A stretch of DNA of 64,000 bases from Planctomycetota bacterium (GCA_965248575.1 CBDFJQ010000002.1:1088001-1152000), one strand, 5' to 3'; positions 26,953-36,959 are shown, counted from the first letter of the stretch. Notes: generated by a model not told the origin, from the sequence alone. Numbers and translations: made by a program.

Positions 26953-28023
26953 ATGAATCAGCAGCACCCAGTGCCCGACTCCGACCACGCCTTGCGAGTG
27001 GCCGTCCTGGCCGGCGGCCCGTCCTCCGAGCACGCCGTCTCCTTGGACACGAGCCGGGAGATGCTGGAGGTGCTCCGCGCCGGCGGACATCGTGTGCATC
27101 CTGTCTTGATCGCCGCGTCGGGCGCCGAGCACACGGCGGACGACGGGCCGAGTGCGGAACTCTGGCGGGTGGGCAGCGAGCTCGACAGCTTCGACGACAA
27201 GACACCACCTTGCACACCGCGTGCCGAGGCCTTGCAGCAACTGAAGGACCTTGGCCTCATCGCCTGCCTCGGCCTGCACGGCCCGTTCGGCGAGGACGGC
27301 ACGGTCCAGAACCTGCTGCAGCACGCCGGCATCCCGTACACCGGGAGCGGCCCCGTGTCCTCCGAGCTCGGCATGGACAAGGAGTTGTCCAAGCTGGCGG
27401 CTGCCAAGGTGGGTGCGCGGACGGCGAGCCACGAAATGCTCGTGGGCAAGCGCATGCCCACCTGGGGCATCCAAAAAGGTGTGGGCTACCCCTGCTTCGT
27501 GAAGCCCGTGGCCGCCGGTTCCAGCGTGGGTATCACCCGGGTGCAGTCGGAAGACGATCTGCGCGAAGCCGTCAGCCGGGCGCAAGCACAGGACCGTGCA
27601 GGCCGCTGTCTTGTGGAAGCCCTGATCGAAGGGCCCGAAGTCACCTGCGCCGTGCTCCGCCACGAGGGGGAGGTCATTAGCTTCCCGCTGGTTGCGATCC
27701 AGCCCAAAGAGGACTTCTACGACTACCACGCCAAGTACACCTCCGACGAGACGGAGTACGTGTGCCCGGCAGAGGTCTCCAGCACTGTCCGCGACGAGAT
27801 CCAGGGTGTCTCACGCCAGCTCTACGGCATGCTCGAGCTGCGAGGCGTGGCTCGCTTCGACTTCATCGTGCGCGCTGATCCCGAGGAGCCCATCTTCCTG
27901 GAACTGAACACACTGCCCGGCTTCACGACGCACAGCCTGGTGCCCATGGCGGCCCGCTCAGCGGGCTGGAGTCCCCTGCAGCTGCTCGAAGCCGTCCTGG
28001 CGGATTCCACGGAGGCGGGGTGA
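26953..28023 (+). CDS. ddl: D-alanine--D-alanine ligase
   Basis: VLAGGPSSEHAVSL, LHGPFGEDG, MDK, VKP..GSSVGI, FYDYHAKY, LELNTLPGFT. Confidence 0.94.
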   Translation: MNQQHPVPDSDHALRVAVLAGGPSSEHAVSLDTSREMLEVLRAGGHRVHPVLIAASGAEHTADDGPSAELWRVGSELDSFDDKTPPCTPRAEALQQLKDLGLIACLGLHGPFGEDGTVQNLLQHAGIPYTGSGPVSSELGMDKELSKLAAAKVGARTASHEMLVGKRMPTWGIQKGVGYPCFVKPVAAGSSVGITRVQSEDDLREAVSRAQAQDRAGRCLVEALIEGPEVTCAVLRHEGEVISFPLVAIQPKEDFYDYHAKYTSDETEYVCPAEVSSTVRDEIQGVSRQLYGMLELRGVARFDFIVRADPEEPIFLELNTLPGFTTHSLVPMAARSAGWSPLQLLEAVLADSTEAG

Positions 28024-28775
28024 GGCAGCCCATGACACCCCCGCTGCGTGTGGTGTTGGCCGGGGCGCGAGGCCGCATGGGCCGTGTGGCCCGACGGGCC
28101 CTGGCGGCGGAAGCTGCGGCAGGAACACCCGGCCAACAGACCCTGCTGCTGAGCGCAGAACTCCATCGGGAAGACTCCCCGGCCGACGTGCTCGAGCCCG
28201 AGGCCCACGACGTGCTGCTGGACTTCAGCCCGGCCGCAGGGAGTCGCGTCCACGCCCCCCTGGCGGCCGAGCGGGGGATTGCTCCGGTGGTCGGTTCGAG
28301 CGGCCTCTCGGCGGACGACATCGAGCGCCTGAGGCACGCCTGCGGAGTAGGTGGGGTCGGGGGGCTGCTGATCCCGAACTTCTCCGTGGGCGCCGTGCTG
28401 CAGATGCAGGCAGCCGAGCGCATCGCCGCCTTCCTTGAGTGCACGGGAATCCGGGAGATCCACCATCCCCAGAAACTCGACAGTCCCTCGGGCACAGCAC
28501 GTTCTACGGCGGAGCGCATCGAGCGCGGGGCGAGCGGAGCTGGTCGGGACACGAGGCCGCCGCAGATCCAAAGCGAACGCGTGCAGGGGGTGCTCGCCCG
28601 GCAGGTTGTACGCTTCGGCTCCGCGCACGAGCAGCTCGTGCTGGATCACGATGTCCGGGACCGCGAGGCCTACGCGCCCGGGATCCTGTTGGCGATCCGA
28701 GCCGTGGCCGGTCTGCGGGAGTTGAGGATCGGCCTCGACAGCTTGCTCAACGACGCTCTCGCACCCCCGGGTTGA
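28020..28775 (+). CDS. dapB: 4-hydroxy-tetrahydrodipicolinate reductase
   Basis: GARGRMGR, DFS, PNFSVG, EIHHPQKLDSPSGTA; alternative ATG at 28032. Confidence 0.92.
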   Translation: MRQPMTPPLRVVLAGARGRMGRVARRALAAEAAAGTPGQQTLLLSAELHREDSPADVLEPEAHDVLLDFSPAAGSRVHAPLAAERGIAPVVGSSGLSADDIERLRHACGVGGVGGLLIPNFSVGAVLQMQAAERIAAFLECTGIREIHHPQKLDSPSGTARSTAERIERGASGAGRDTRPPQIQSERVQGVLARQVVRFGSAHEQLVLDHDVRDREAYAPGILLAIRAVAGLRELRIGLDSLLNDALAPPG

Positions 28776-28812
28776 CGGCTGGTATGATTCCCGCCCTTGC
28801 CGAATCACGGCA

Positions 28813-28899
28813 GCCAGAGTGGCGGAATCGGTATACGCGGCGGATTCAAAATCCGCTGCCCGCAAGGGCATGGGGGTTCGAGTCCCCCCTCTGGCACCA
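28813..28899 (+). tRNA. tRNA-Leu(CAA)
   Basis: GCCAGAGTGGCGGAATCGGTATACGCGGCGGATTCAAAATCCGC...GGTTCGAGTCCCCCCTCTGGCACCA; extended -10 TGgTATGAT at 28780-28788. Confidence 0.97.
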
Positions 28900-28983
28900 C
28901 CTCCATCTCCCGCTCCATGCCCCGGGCATCACCGAGCGCACGCACGGAGCTGCAGCGACAGCCACCCCAGAATCGGTTCCTGC

Positions 28984-30774
28984 ATGACCCATGTCCTAGC
29001 CGGCCTCGCGTGGGGTGCCCTGCTGGGCGGCGTGCTGGGGGGCGTGTTGTGGGGGGCGACCCTCGTCGAGGCGCTGGGCGTCGTGGCGCGGGAACAGTGG
29101 TGGTCCCAAGGGATGACACGCCTGGCCGCCGAAGCCCTGGCAGAGAGTATCCGGTTGCTCAGCGCCTGCACGCTGGGCGGGGCCGTCTTGGGTGCGGCGC
29201 TGGCCGCCTGGCGCCGCTCGGCCGCGCGTTCCTCATCCAGTTGGCTGCGGCGCCTCGGCCTCGGGTTGGGTGCGACCCTGGTCCTGATCAGCGTGGCAGC
29301 TGAGGTCACGCGCAACAGGATCGCGAAGTCGGCCGATGGTGCACCACCCCATGTCGTCTGGATCGTGCTCGATGCCCTGCGCGCCGACCACCTGGGCTCT
29401 TACGGATACCAACACGACACGAGCCCGTTCCTGGATGAACTGGCGGCACGAGCGACGCGCTTCGACTTCGCCGTGAGCCAGGAGTCCTACACCCTGGCGT
29501 CGGCCGCTTCCTATTTCACGTCGACCTATCCACCGCTGCACGGTGTGCTCTACGACGAGCCGCAACTCGACACGCTCGACAGCAGCATGCTGACCGTTGC
29601 CGAGGTCCTGAGCAATCGCGGCTATGCCACCGCCGCCTTCGTCTTCAACCCGCACCTGCAAGCGCGCTACAAGTTCGGGCAGGGCTTTGATGTCTACGAT
29701 GATGGTGTCACCAAGTCGCAAGACCCGGAGCCCCATGTCCACGATGTGTTCGACACGGCAGAGCGCATGCACACCAAGGTGGAGCACTACTTGTCGCAGC
29801 GGGCCGCTTCAGGAGACGAGCGGCCAGCAGCACTCTACTTGCACTACCGGGACATCCACGGCCCCTATGTTCCGCCGCCGCCGTACCACGACATGTTTGC
29901 GCCCGACACATGGACTGCGGCGCAGCGACAGTTCGCGTTGCGGGGGACCTGCCGACCTCTGTCCGAAGCCCCGGCGCCCTTCGTTGAAGACCTCGGCTAC
30001 CGCCATGCCCAATACGATGGAGAGATCCGCTACACGGACGACGCCCTCGTGCGCCTGTTCGAGCTGCTGAGCGAGCACAACATCGACCTGTCCAACACCG
30101 TGGTGATCGTCACGGCCGATCATGGTGAAGAGTTCCACGACCCGCACCCCGAAGACCAGAAGGGGTGGACGCACGGCCGCACGCTCTATGTCGAACAGGT
30201 GCGTGTGCCCTTGATCATCTCGGTACCGGACCAGGTGCGCGAGGGGCCGACGGGCAGCGGTGCCGGCCTTGAGCCAGGCCTTGTCATTGGCACACCTGTC
30301 GAACTGCTGGATCTCGGCCCCACGATCGTCGAGCTCGCCGGCTGTGCAGCGGACGAGACACCGCCCAGCTTCCAGGGACGTAGCCTGCTGCCCCTCATGC
30401 GCGGCGGCAGTCGCCCCGATCGGCCGGTCTTCAGCGGTGGAAACCACGGCCGCGGACTGGTGATGGCGGGGGGGCTTGCCTACTACGCGTACGACCAGAA
30501 CACCAAGACCTTGGCCCGACGACACTCCCTGCGGCCCGACGAGAACTACGAAGCAGACCGCCGCGCTCAGCTGTTCGACATGCGCGTGGACCCGGCGCAA
30601 GCTCGCGACATCTTGAGCGAGGACCCCGGGTCCGCCGAGCAACTCGACGCCCTGCTGCTCCAATGGCTCAGTGAAGCATCGGACCACATGCAGACCCAGC
30701 GCGTGGAGCTCGACGACGAGACCACGGAGCAACTCAAGGCGCTCGGCTACCTCGGCGGTTCCGACGGGGACTGA
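28984..30774 (+). CDS. Membrane-anchored sulfatase-like (alkaline phosphatase superfamily) protein
   Basis: N-terminal TM helices; IVLDALRADHL..YGY, DIHGPY, YDGEIRYTD, TADHGEEF, HG.TLY.EQVRVPL, EQLKALGYL. Confidence 0.85.
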   Translation: MTHVLAGLAWGALLGGVLGGVLWGATLVEALGVVAREQWWSQGMTRLAAEALAESIRLLSACTLGGAVLGAALAAWRRSAARSSSSWLRRLGLGLGATLVLISVAAEVTRNRIAKSADGAPPHVVWIVLDALRADHLGSYGYQHDTSPFLDELAARATRFDFAVSQESYTLASAASYFTSTYPPLHGVLYDEPQLDTLDSSMLTVAEVLSNRGYATAAFVFNPHLQARYKFGQGFDVYDDGVTKSQDPEPHVHDVFDTAERMHTKVEHYLSQRAASGDERPAALYLHYRDIHGPYVPPPPYHDMFAPDTWTAAQRQFALRGTCRPLSEAPAPFVEDLGYRHAQYDGEIRYTDDALVRLFELLSEHNIDLSNTVVIVTADHGEEFHDPHPEDQKGWTHGRTLYVEQVRVPLIISVPDQVREGPTGSGAGLEPGLVIGTPVELLDLGPTIVELAGCAADETPPSFQGRSLLPLMRGGSRPDRPVFSGGNHGRGLVMAGGLAYYAYDQNTKTLARRHSLRPDENYEADRRAQLFDMRVDPAQARDILSEDPGSAEQLDALLLQWLSEASDHMQTQRVELDDETTEQLKALGYLGGSDGD

Positions 30775-30804
30775 CGCGGGAGCCTCCTGGGGCACCAGCC
30801 TGCT

Positions 30805-31122
30805 TCAGCCTCGCCAGGCCCGCCACTCGGCCTCGGCATCGTCTGGCTCAGCATCCACATCGGCCAGCGGCTGCTCGTCTTGGCCGGAGTCCGATGAGGG
30901 AGTTGCTCCCGCCTGGTCGGCATCCGAGACGAGGCCGAAGAGCCGGAACAACACGAGCTGAATGGCGAGAAAGACTGCGGCCGCAGCCAGCAGCACGCCG
31001 ACAGCCGCACCCTGGGGGATCAGGACCGCACCACCCATGAGAGCCAGCACCATACCGACCACGAAGAACAGGCCGATCAGGAGCGCGATGGAACCACCGC
31101 GAGAGAGACGTGGAGCGGGCAT
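30805..31122 (-). CDS. Small two-TM membrane protein
   Basis: Two hydrophobic helices and an acidic tail ending EWRAWRG; fills the gap between sulfatase and rhodanese. Confidence 0.6.
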   Translation of the reverse strand: MPAPRLSRGGSIALLIGLFFVVGMVLALMGGAVLIPQGAAVGVLLAAAAVFLAIQLVLFRLFGLVSDADQAGATPSSDSGQDEQPLADVDAEPDDAEAEWRAWRG

Positions 31123-31266
31123 TGGCGTCAACATAGCATGGGCACACAGGCCCTGAGCTGGGCCTGGCAGCGGGGCCGGGCAGAGCAGCTCACGCTGGCC
31201 GTGCTCCTGTCGTACTCTCGACACCAAGCTCGCCCTGCCCCTGTGTCTGACCAGCGCGGAACCTCC

Positions 31267-31968
31267 ATGACTCGAACCCTCTCTGAGATGCTGCTCGTGC
31301 TCGCAGCGGGTCTGCTGCTAGGCCTCACGGTCAACGCCTTCTCCTCACAGGGGCTGGATCTGGGGCGCGACTACTTTCCCAGCGGCGTCGCCGGAAGCAG
31401 CGCCACCGGGAGTTCCGAGCAAGATCAGGACGCGGCACCGCCAGCGGCCGCAGATCCGATTCAGGAATCACCTGTGACGGAAGGGGAGGCGGAGAGCCCC
31501 GCGCCCGAGGACGCCCAGGACACATCACCCGAGAGCGCCCCTCTCTCAGCTGACGTCCAACAGCGCTTGGCGGAGAAGGGGCTGCGTGGGATCAATCACA
31601 GCGAGGCCCACGCCCTCTGGCAGGATCCGATGTACGAGTATGAAGCCTACGCGTTCATCGACGCCCGGGATGACGACCACTACGCAGCTGGCCACATACC
31701 GGGTGCCTACCAGTTCGACCACTTCCGTGCCGAGCGCTTTCAGGAGCAGATGCTCATGTTGCTGCCCACTTCCATGAAGGTGGTGGTCTACTGCAATGGG
31801 GGAGACTGCGAAGACAGCGAGTCCGCCGCGCTCTTCCTGCTGGCGTTGGGCGCGAACCCCGACACGCTCTCCGTGTACACCGGTGGCATCGCCGAGTGGG
31901 AGGAGCAGGGCTTGCCTGTCGAGACCGGCGCGCGCAACTCGGGCCTGCTCAAGGGAGAGGCACCGTGA
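31267..31968 (+). CDS. Membrane-anchored rhodanese-domain protein
   Basis: FIDAR....Y.AGHIPGA, VVYCNGGDCEDS, YTGGIAEW...GLPVE. Confidence 0.88.
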   Translation: MTRTLSEMLLVLAAGLLLGLTVNAFSSQGLDLGRDYFPSGVAGSSATGSSEQDQDAAPPAAADPIQESPVTEGEAESPAPEDAQDTSPESAPLSADVQQRLAEKGLRGINHSEAHALWQDPMYEYEAYAFIDARDDDHYAAGHIPGAYQFDHFRAERFQEQMLMLLPTSMKVVVYCNGGDCEDSESAALFLLALGANPDTLSVYTGGIAEWEEQGLPVETGARNSGLLKGEAP

Positions 31969-32429
31969 CCCTGTTTCTTGTCGCCCGCGTCATCCTGGGT
32001 GCCGTCTTCATCTGGCTCGGCAGCAACAAGGTCTCGGACCCCATCGCCTTCCTCAAGCTCATCCGCCAGTACGAGATCGCGCCCGAGGGCATGCCGGCCG
32101 TCCTGAACACGCTGGCGGTGACGCTGCCCTGGGTGGAGATCTTGTGCGGCACGCTGCTCTTGCTGGGGATCGGCGTGCGCGGCGTGGGTGCCAGCATGCT
32201 GCTCATGCTGATGGTCTTCTCCACGGCCATTCTGCTGCGCGCCCTCGACATTCACGCCTTGGGCGAGCAGGCGTTCTGCGCCATCAAGTTCGATTGTGGA
32301 TGCGGAACCGGCGAGGAGTTCGTCTGCTCGAAGCTGCCTCAGAACCTCGGACTGATGTTCCTAAGCCTGGCGGTGTTGCGCTCCCAGTCGACGCGCCTCT
32401 GTCTGCGCGCCCGCTTCTGGAAGGCCTAG
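31965..32429 (+). CDS. MauE/DoxX family membrane protein
   Basis: ARVILGAVF, K..DP..F, LPWVEI..G, DCGCG; GTGA overlap with the rhodanese gene. Confidence 0.85.
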   Translation: MTLFLVARVILGAVFIWLGSNKVSDPIAFLKLIRQYEIAPEGMPAVLNTLAVTLPWVEILCGTLLLLGIGVRGVGASMLLMLMVFSTAILLRALDIHALGEQAFCAIKFDCGCGTGEEFVCSKLPQNLGLMFLSLAVLRSQSTRLCLRARFWKA

Positions 32430-33919
32430 CCCTCGCCGTCCTCAGCGCCGTCGTCACCCTCGACGTCGGCCGGCTCAGCGTCGGCCTCGGTTTCCGTGGC
32501 GCTGTCCTCTTCCTCGCCCTCCTCATCGTCACCACCACCGAGGTCGGGGAGTTCGAGACTGCTCAGACCATCCAGCAAGCCGTCCAGGAGGCCGCCACCA
32601 GAGCTCGGCGGAGCCAGCTGATCGAGACTTCCCTGGGCAATGTTCCGGGCGGTGCTGAGTTCGGCGCGGATCTCGGGCGACAAGTTGACGGCCACCAGCT
32701 GCTCATCAGCCTTCTCGATGCAGATCTGGTACATCTCCTTCGCGCGGTCCAGCTCGCGGTTGAGCTGGTGATGCAGCAGGGCCCCCAGGTCGTTGTAGTA
32801 ACGCGGGTTCTCGGGGTCGAGGTCGACGCTCTTCTGGTACGCGGTGAGCGCGTCCTCGAAGCGGCGGGTGCCTTCGCACATCACGGCGTAGTTGTGCCAG
32901 ACATCCGGGCTCTTGGTTCCCGCGGCCGTGATGGCCTGCAGGATGGCGCGCGCCGTGGCCTGGTCCTGACGTTGGACGAAGGGGCCGACGGACCAGGCAA
33001 GCTCCGTCGCCATGGCGTCCAGATCCGGTTCCTGGCGCAGGCGGTTGGTGATCTCCCGCGCACTGATCGAGACCATCTTCTCCAAGGCCTTGGACGAGGC
33101 GTCGAACTGCCGGCCCAAGCTGTAGGACTTCGCCATGTTGTAGAGCGTGGTGAAGTCGGGCTCCTGCTGGCGATCCACCACTTGGATCGCTGCGTCCACA
33201 GCCTTCACCGCGTCGCCGCGGTCACCGTGGATCCACGCCAGTTGCCCGTGCGCCTCGACCCGCTCGCGGGGTAGCAGCGAGGCTGCCTTCTCGAGGTCGG
33301 CCACGGTCTCGGCGTAGGCCGCATCGGTCACCGAGTTGTCGCCAGCACTCTTGGCACCCCAGTACACGTACACGTTGGCGCACCCCTTGAGCAGATGGAG
33401 GTTGCCGTCGTTGGGGGCCTGGGTGAGAGCACCCTTGGCCATGTCGAGGGCCGTCACGTGGTCGTTGAAGCGGTAGAGCTTGACGTAACCCAACTCCACC
33501 AAGGCGTCGAAGTCGCCGGGAGCAGCATGCTCCACGGATCGTTCGATGTGGCTCTGGGCATCCATGAGGGTCAGGGTTACATCGTCGCCATTCGCGCCAC
33601 CAGCATGGAGGGCATCAGCCCACGCCAGGTAGCGGCGGCCCATGGCCAGGGCGACATCCGGGTCATTGGGAAGCTGCAAGGCGTCGAGCGTCGCAATGGC
33701 CTCTTCAGGCTGACCGGCCGTAGCCTGGAGTTCGGAGAGGAAGATCGCAGCTGGGACGCGGGCTTCACCATCGGTGCCCGCGAGCTCCCCCAGCATCTCG
33801 GTGGCCCCGGCGACGTCGCCACGCTCTGCAAGCGCGCGGGCCGCATCAAGATCCGACCCCTCTTGCGGCACTGCCACAAGCAGCATCAGGGAGGAGAGGA
33901 CAACGGACGGAATCATCAT
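32426..33919 (-). CDS. Exported TPR-repeat protein with acidic tail
   Basis: Signal peptide, TPR motifs (VWHNYA...FEDALTAYQKSVDLDPENPRYYNDLG), D/E-rich C-terminus. Confidence 0.78.
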   Translation of the reverse strand: MMIPSVVLSSLMLLVAVPQEGSDLDAARALAERGDVAGATEMLGELAGTDGEARVPAAIFLSELQATAGQPEEAIATLDALQLPNDPDVALAMGRRYLAWADALHAGGANGDDVTLTLMDAQSHIERSVEHAAPGDFDALVELGYVKLYRFNDHVTALDMAKGALTQAPNDGNLHLLKGCANVYVYWGAKSAGDNSVTDAAYAETVADLEKAASLLPRERVEAHGQLAWIHGDRGDAVKAVDAAIQVVDRQQEPDFTTLYNMAKSYSLGRQFDASSKALEKMVSISAREITNRLRQEPDLDAMATELAWSVGPFVQRQDQATARAILQAITAAGTKSPDVWHNYAVMCEGTRRFEDALTAYQKSVDLDPENPRYYNDLGALLHHQLNRELDRAKEMYQICIEKADEQLVAVNLSPEIRAELSTARNIAQGSLDQLAPPSSGGGLLDGLLDGLSSLELPDLGGGDDEEGEEEDSATETEADAEPADVEGDDGAEDGEG

Positions 33920-34237
33920 CTTGGTCAGCCTTTCAATGCGCCCCTCAGAGGGGGCCGGATCCATCGAGCCGGTCGAGGCGTCTCTTCCTCGCTCTCCCGG
34001 CTCCAATACACGATCTACGTCGAACAACAAGGCGACAGCCTACCGTACTGAAACGGCGTGGGGGCCTGTGGCCCATTGATGTCGATTGACACAGGCCATG
34101 GAGGGCAGGTGGCCCCACCCGGGCCGAACGGTGAGCTCCCGGCAGCCCGCAGCGCTCGTTGAACCGCCACTTCCACTGGCATAGGCTCGGCCGCTGCCCG
34201 ATGCGCCCCGGCGTCGGCCCCGCGCTGGGATCTGCTC

Positions 34238-35440
34238 ATGGAACTCGTCTCCCCCGAACGTCATGGCGGAGTCCATCCCAGCCCGGGTCAATCCCTGAAA
34301 CGGGCAGCTTGTTCGCTTGCCCTTGGTGTTGGCGCCTTCCTGGTCGTTTCCATCGCGTTGCGGACCGGCCTGCCGCCCCTCCCCGAGTCCGCCCTAGCGA
34401 CCAAGCTGGCGGCCGTTCGGCCCGGGGACATCGACCTGCTGTTCGTGGGCTCCAGCAGCGTCTACCGCCATGTCGACCCCGCACTCTTCGACACCCTGAC
34501 TTCTGAAGCGGGGGAACCCACGCACTCCTACAACTTCGGTGTGCCCGCCATGGAGACCCTGGAGAGCCTCTACGCCCTGCGCAGCCTGCTCAGCCAAGAC
34601 GCCCTGCGCGAGAACCTGGAGTGGGTGGTGCTGGATGCCCGCCAGGCGGGCTACAGCTTGGCGGGCAACAACCACCTCACCGCTCGCGTCGCCCAGTGGC
34701 ATGACCTGCAGACAACATGGCTCGCCGTGCGCCTGGTGTTCGAGTCCTCGGAACCCTGGGAGTGGAAGCTCGAGCAGGTGTGGCGCCACGGGTTCGCTGC
34801 GCTGCTCAGGCTCGGGAACGTCGGGCGGCTTCAGGAGCTCCTGAGCTCGACGCTCAGTGGCAACGCCCACAGTCGCGCGGGGGTGACGCAAGAGCGGGCG
34901 TCGGTTCGACGCATGGAACGTGGGCGAAACGACGACGGCTTCGCCCCCCTGGACTGGGCCGCTGGCCAGGCCGACCCGCTCCAGCAGCGGTTCCTCTACG
35001 AACGCCAACTTAGTTGGGAGGCAGAGTCCGAGCGCCTGCTTGCACAACTCGATCGCGCACCGGAGGGCCGGCCGCGGCGCCTCCTGACCCAGGCTGGCAC
35101 GGCCCGCAAGGACCAGCGTCTCACCCAGGCCGAACAGGACCTGCTGCACGACATCGTCAACGAGCTGCAGAGCCGTGGGATCCAGGTGCTGTTCATGAAC
35201 AGCCCCGATGTGCGACAGCGGGAGTTCTTCGCTCGCGCCGGCCTGGACGCCGGGTTGATTCCCGAGCTGTTGGACACGGATCGACCCGACCTCTATCCCG
35301 CGCTGTTTCGAAACAGCACCCGCTTTGATCGGGACCACCTCAACGAGCAGGGGGCCGAAGTCTACACCCGCGTCCTGGCCCAGGAGTTCTTGAAGGCCGT
35401 CAAGCGAGCGCGCCGTGAAGCTGGGGGAGACGCCCGTTGA
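34238..35440 (+). CDS. SGNH-like (DltD/AlgJ/PatB-type) extracytoplasmic acyltransferase
   Basis: One N-terminal TM; LFVGSSSVYRHVDP (Ser block), YNFGV, FDRDHLNEQGA (DxxH); TTGA overlap with the MBOAT gene. Confidence 0.72.
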   Translation: MELVSPERHGGVHPSPGQSLKRAACSLALGVGAFLVVSIALRTGLPPLPESALATKLAAVRPGDIDLLFVGSSSVYRHVDPALFDTLTSEAGEPTHSYNFGVPAMETLESLYALRSLLSQDALRENLEWVVLDARQAGYSLAGNNHLTARVAQWHDLQTTWLAVRLVFESSEPWEWKLEQVWRHGFAALLRLGNVGRLQELLSSTLSGNAHSRAGVTQERASVRRMERGRNDDGFAPLDWAAGQADPLQQRFLYERQLSWEAESERLLAQLDRAPEGRPRRLLTQAGTARKDQRLTQAEQDLLHDIVNELQSRGIQVLFMNSPDVRQREFFARAGLDAGLIPELLDTDRPDLYPALFRNSTRFDRDHLNEQGAEVYTRVLAQEFLKAVKRARREAGGDAR

Positions 35441-36930
35441 TCTTCACCGAGCTGCGCTTCCTGCTGTTCTTCGCCGTCGTGCTCGGGGTCCATTGGAGCC
35501 TCCGGAAGAACACGTCCCGCAAGCTGTGGCTGCTGGTCTGCAGCTATGCGTTCTACGCCGCTTGGGACGTGCGCTTCCTCTCGCTGATCGTGGGCTCCAC
35601 GCTGCTGGACGGTCTGGTCGGGCGCGCCATCCACCGCAGCGAGGACGAAAAACGGCGGAACCGCCTGTTGGCGTTGAGCGTCAGCCTCAATCTCGGCCTG
35701 CTGGGGGTCTTCAAGTACCTCGGCTTCTTCGTGGACTCCGGCGTCAGCTTCCTGCACTGGCTGGGGCTGGACGTGAGCGCTCCGACCCTGGCCATCGTGC
35801 TGCCGGTGGGCATCAGCTTCTACACCTTCCAGACCATGAGCTACTCGCTCGACATTCATGCCCGTCGCCTGAAGCCAGCGCGCAGCGCCTTGGATCTGGC
35901 ACTGTTCGTCGGCTTCTTCCCGCAGCTCGTCGCGGGCCCCATCGTGCGTGCCCGAGCGTTCCTGCCTCAGCTCGCAAGCCGGAGGAACTTCCAGGCCATC
36001 GATGTGCGCGCCTGCCTGATGTTGTTCCTGATCGGCTTCCTCAAGAAGGCGGTGATCTCCGACTCTCTGAGCCCGTCGGTAGACATCTACTTCGCGCGCC
36101 CAGAGCTGTTCGATGCGGCCAGCACCTGGTTGGCCCTGGGCCTCTACTCGGTGCAGATCTACTGCGACTTCTCCGGCTACTCGGACATGGCCATCGCCTG
36201 CGCCGGTCTGCTCGGCTACAACCTCTGCCTCAACTTCGACTTCCCGTACTTCGCCACCAACATCGCCAGCTTCTGGCGGCGTTGGCACATCAGCCTGTCC
36301 AACTGGCTGCGGGACTATCTGTTCATCCCGTTGAGCGAGACGAAGCTGCTCAGCCGCACACCCATGCTGGCGCTGATGCTGACCATGTTGCTGGGCGGCT
36401 TGTGGCACGGCGCCGCCTGGAAATTCGTTTTCTGGGGCGGCCTGCACGGCCTGGCCTTGCTCGTCCACCGGCTCTGGGTGTTGCATTCGCCCGCGCGACT
36501 GCGGCAATCCAAGACCATGGCCTTGGCCGGCACGCTGCTCACCCTTTGGTGGCTAGGGCTGACTTGGGTGTTCTTCCGCTCCGAGACGCTCTCCAGCGCC
36601 CTGCACATCGCGGCGAGCTATCTCAGCCTGAGCCCGCCGGGCCCTGTCCTTGGCAGCGGCGCAACGCTGCTCGCCGCCGACATGCCAGCCTGGTTCGGCG
36701 ACCCGCTGGCGTCAGGCGCCGCGGCCCAGACGGTCAGCCTGGGGGACCGCATGCCCTGGGTGCTCGCGCTGCTGTTCGTGCTGCATTGGATCTCGTGGCG
36801 GAAGTGGTGCGCAGGCTGGTGGCGACGGCTCCCTGAGTGGGGTTTTGCGCTCTTCGTGGGAGGCGCTGCTGCGATCACGGCGGCGCTCATGCAGCCCGAG
36901 GCGGAAGCCTTCATCTACTTCCAGTTCTAG
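35437..36930 (+). CDS. MBOAT O-acyltransferase (AlgI/PatA/DltB-like)
   Basis: LPVGISFYTFQTMSY, FFPQLVAGPIVR, QIYCDFSGYSDMA, FWRRWHISLS.WLRDY, GLWHGA, C-terminal FIYFQF. Confidence 0.93.
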   Translation: MIFTELRFLLFFAVVLGVHWSLRKNTSRKLWLLVCSYAFYAAWDVRFLSLIVGSTLLDGLVGRAIHRSEDEKRRNRLLALSVSLNLGLLGVFKYLGFFVDSGVSFLHWLGLDVSAPTLAIVLPVGISFYTFQTMSYSLDIHARRLKPARSALDLALFVGFFPQLVAGPIVRARAFLPQLASRRNFQAIDVRACLMLFLIGFLKKAVISDSLSPSVDIYFARPELFDAASTWLALGLYSVQIYCDFSGYSDMAIACAGLLGYNLCLNFDFPYFATNIASFWRRWHISLSNWLRDYLFIPLSETKLLSRTPMLALMLTMLLGGLWHGAAWKFVFWGGLHGLALLVHRLWVLHSPARLRQSKTMALAGTLLTLWWLGLTWVFFRSETLSSALHIAASYLSLSPPGPVLGSGATLLAADMPAWFGDPLASGAAAQTVSLGDRMPWVLALLFVLHWISWRKWCAGWWRRLPEWGFALFVGGAAAITAALMQPEAEAFIYFQF

Positions 36931-36959
36931 TTCGGACGCCCGCCCAGGCCTAGCGCGCG

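Noticed and set aside
26953..28023. Vancomycin-type D-Ala-D-Lac ligase
   Set aside because: The omega loop has Tyr (YDYHAKY), typical of D-Ala-D-Ala ligases, and no vanH/vanX neighbours are present.
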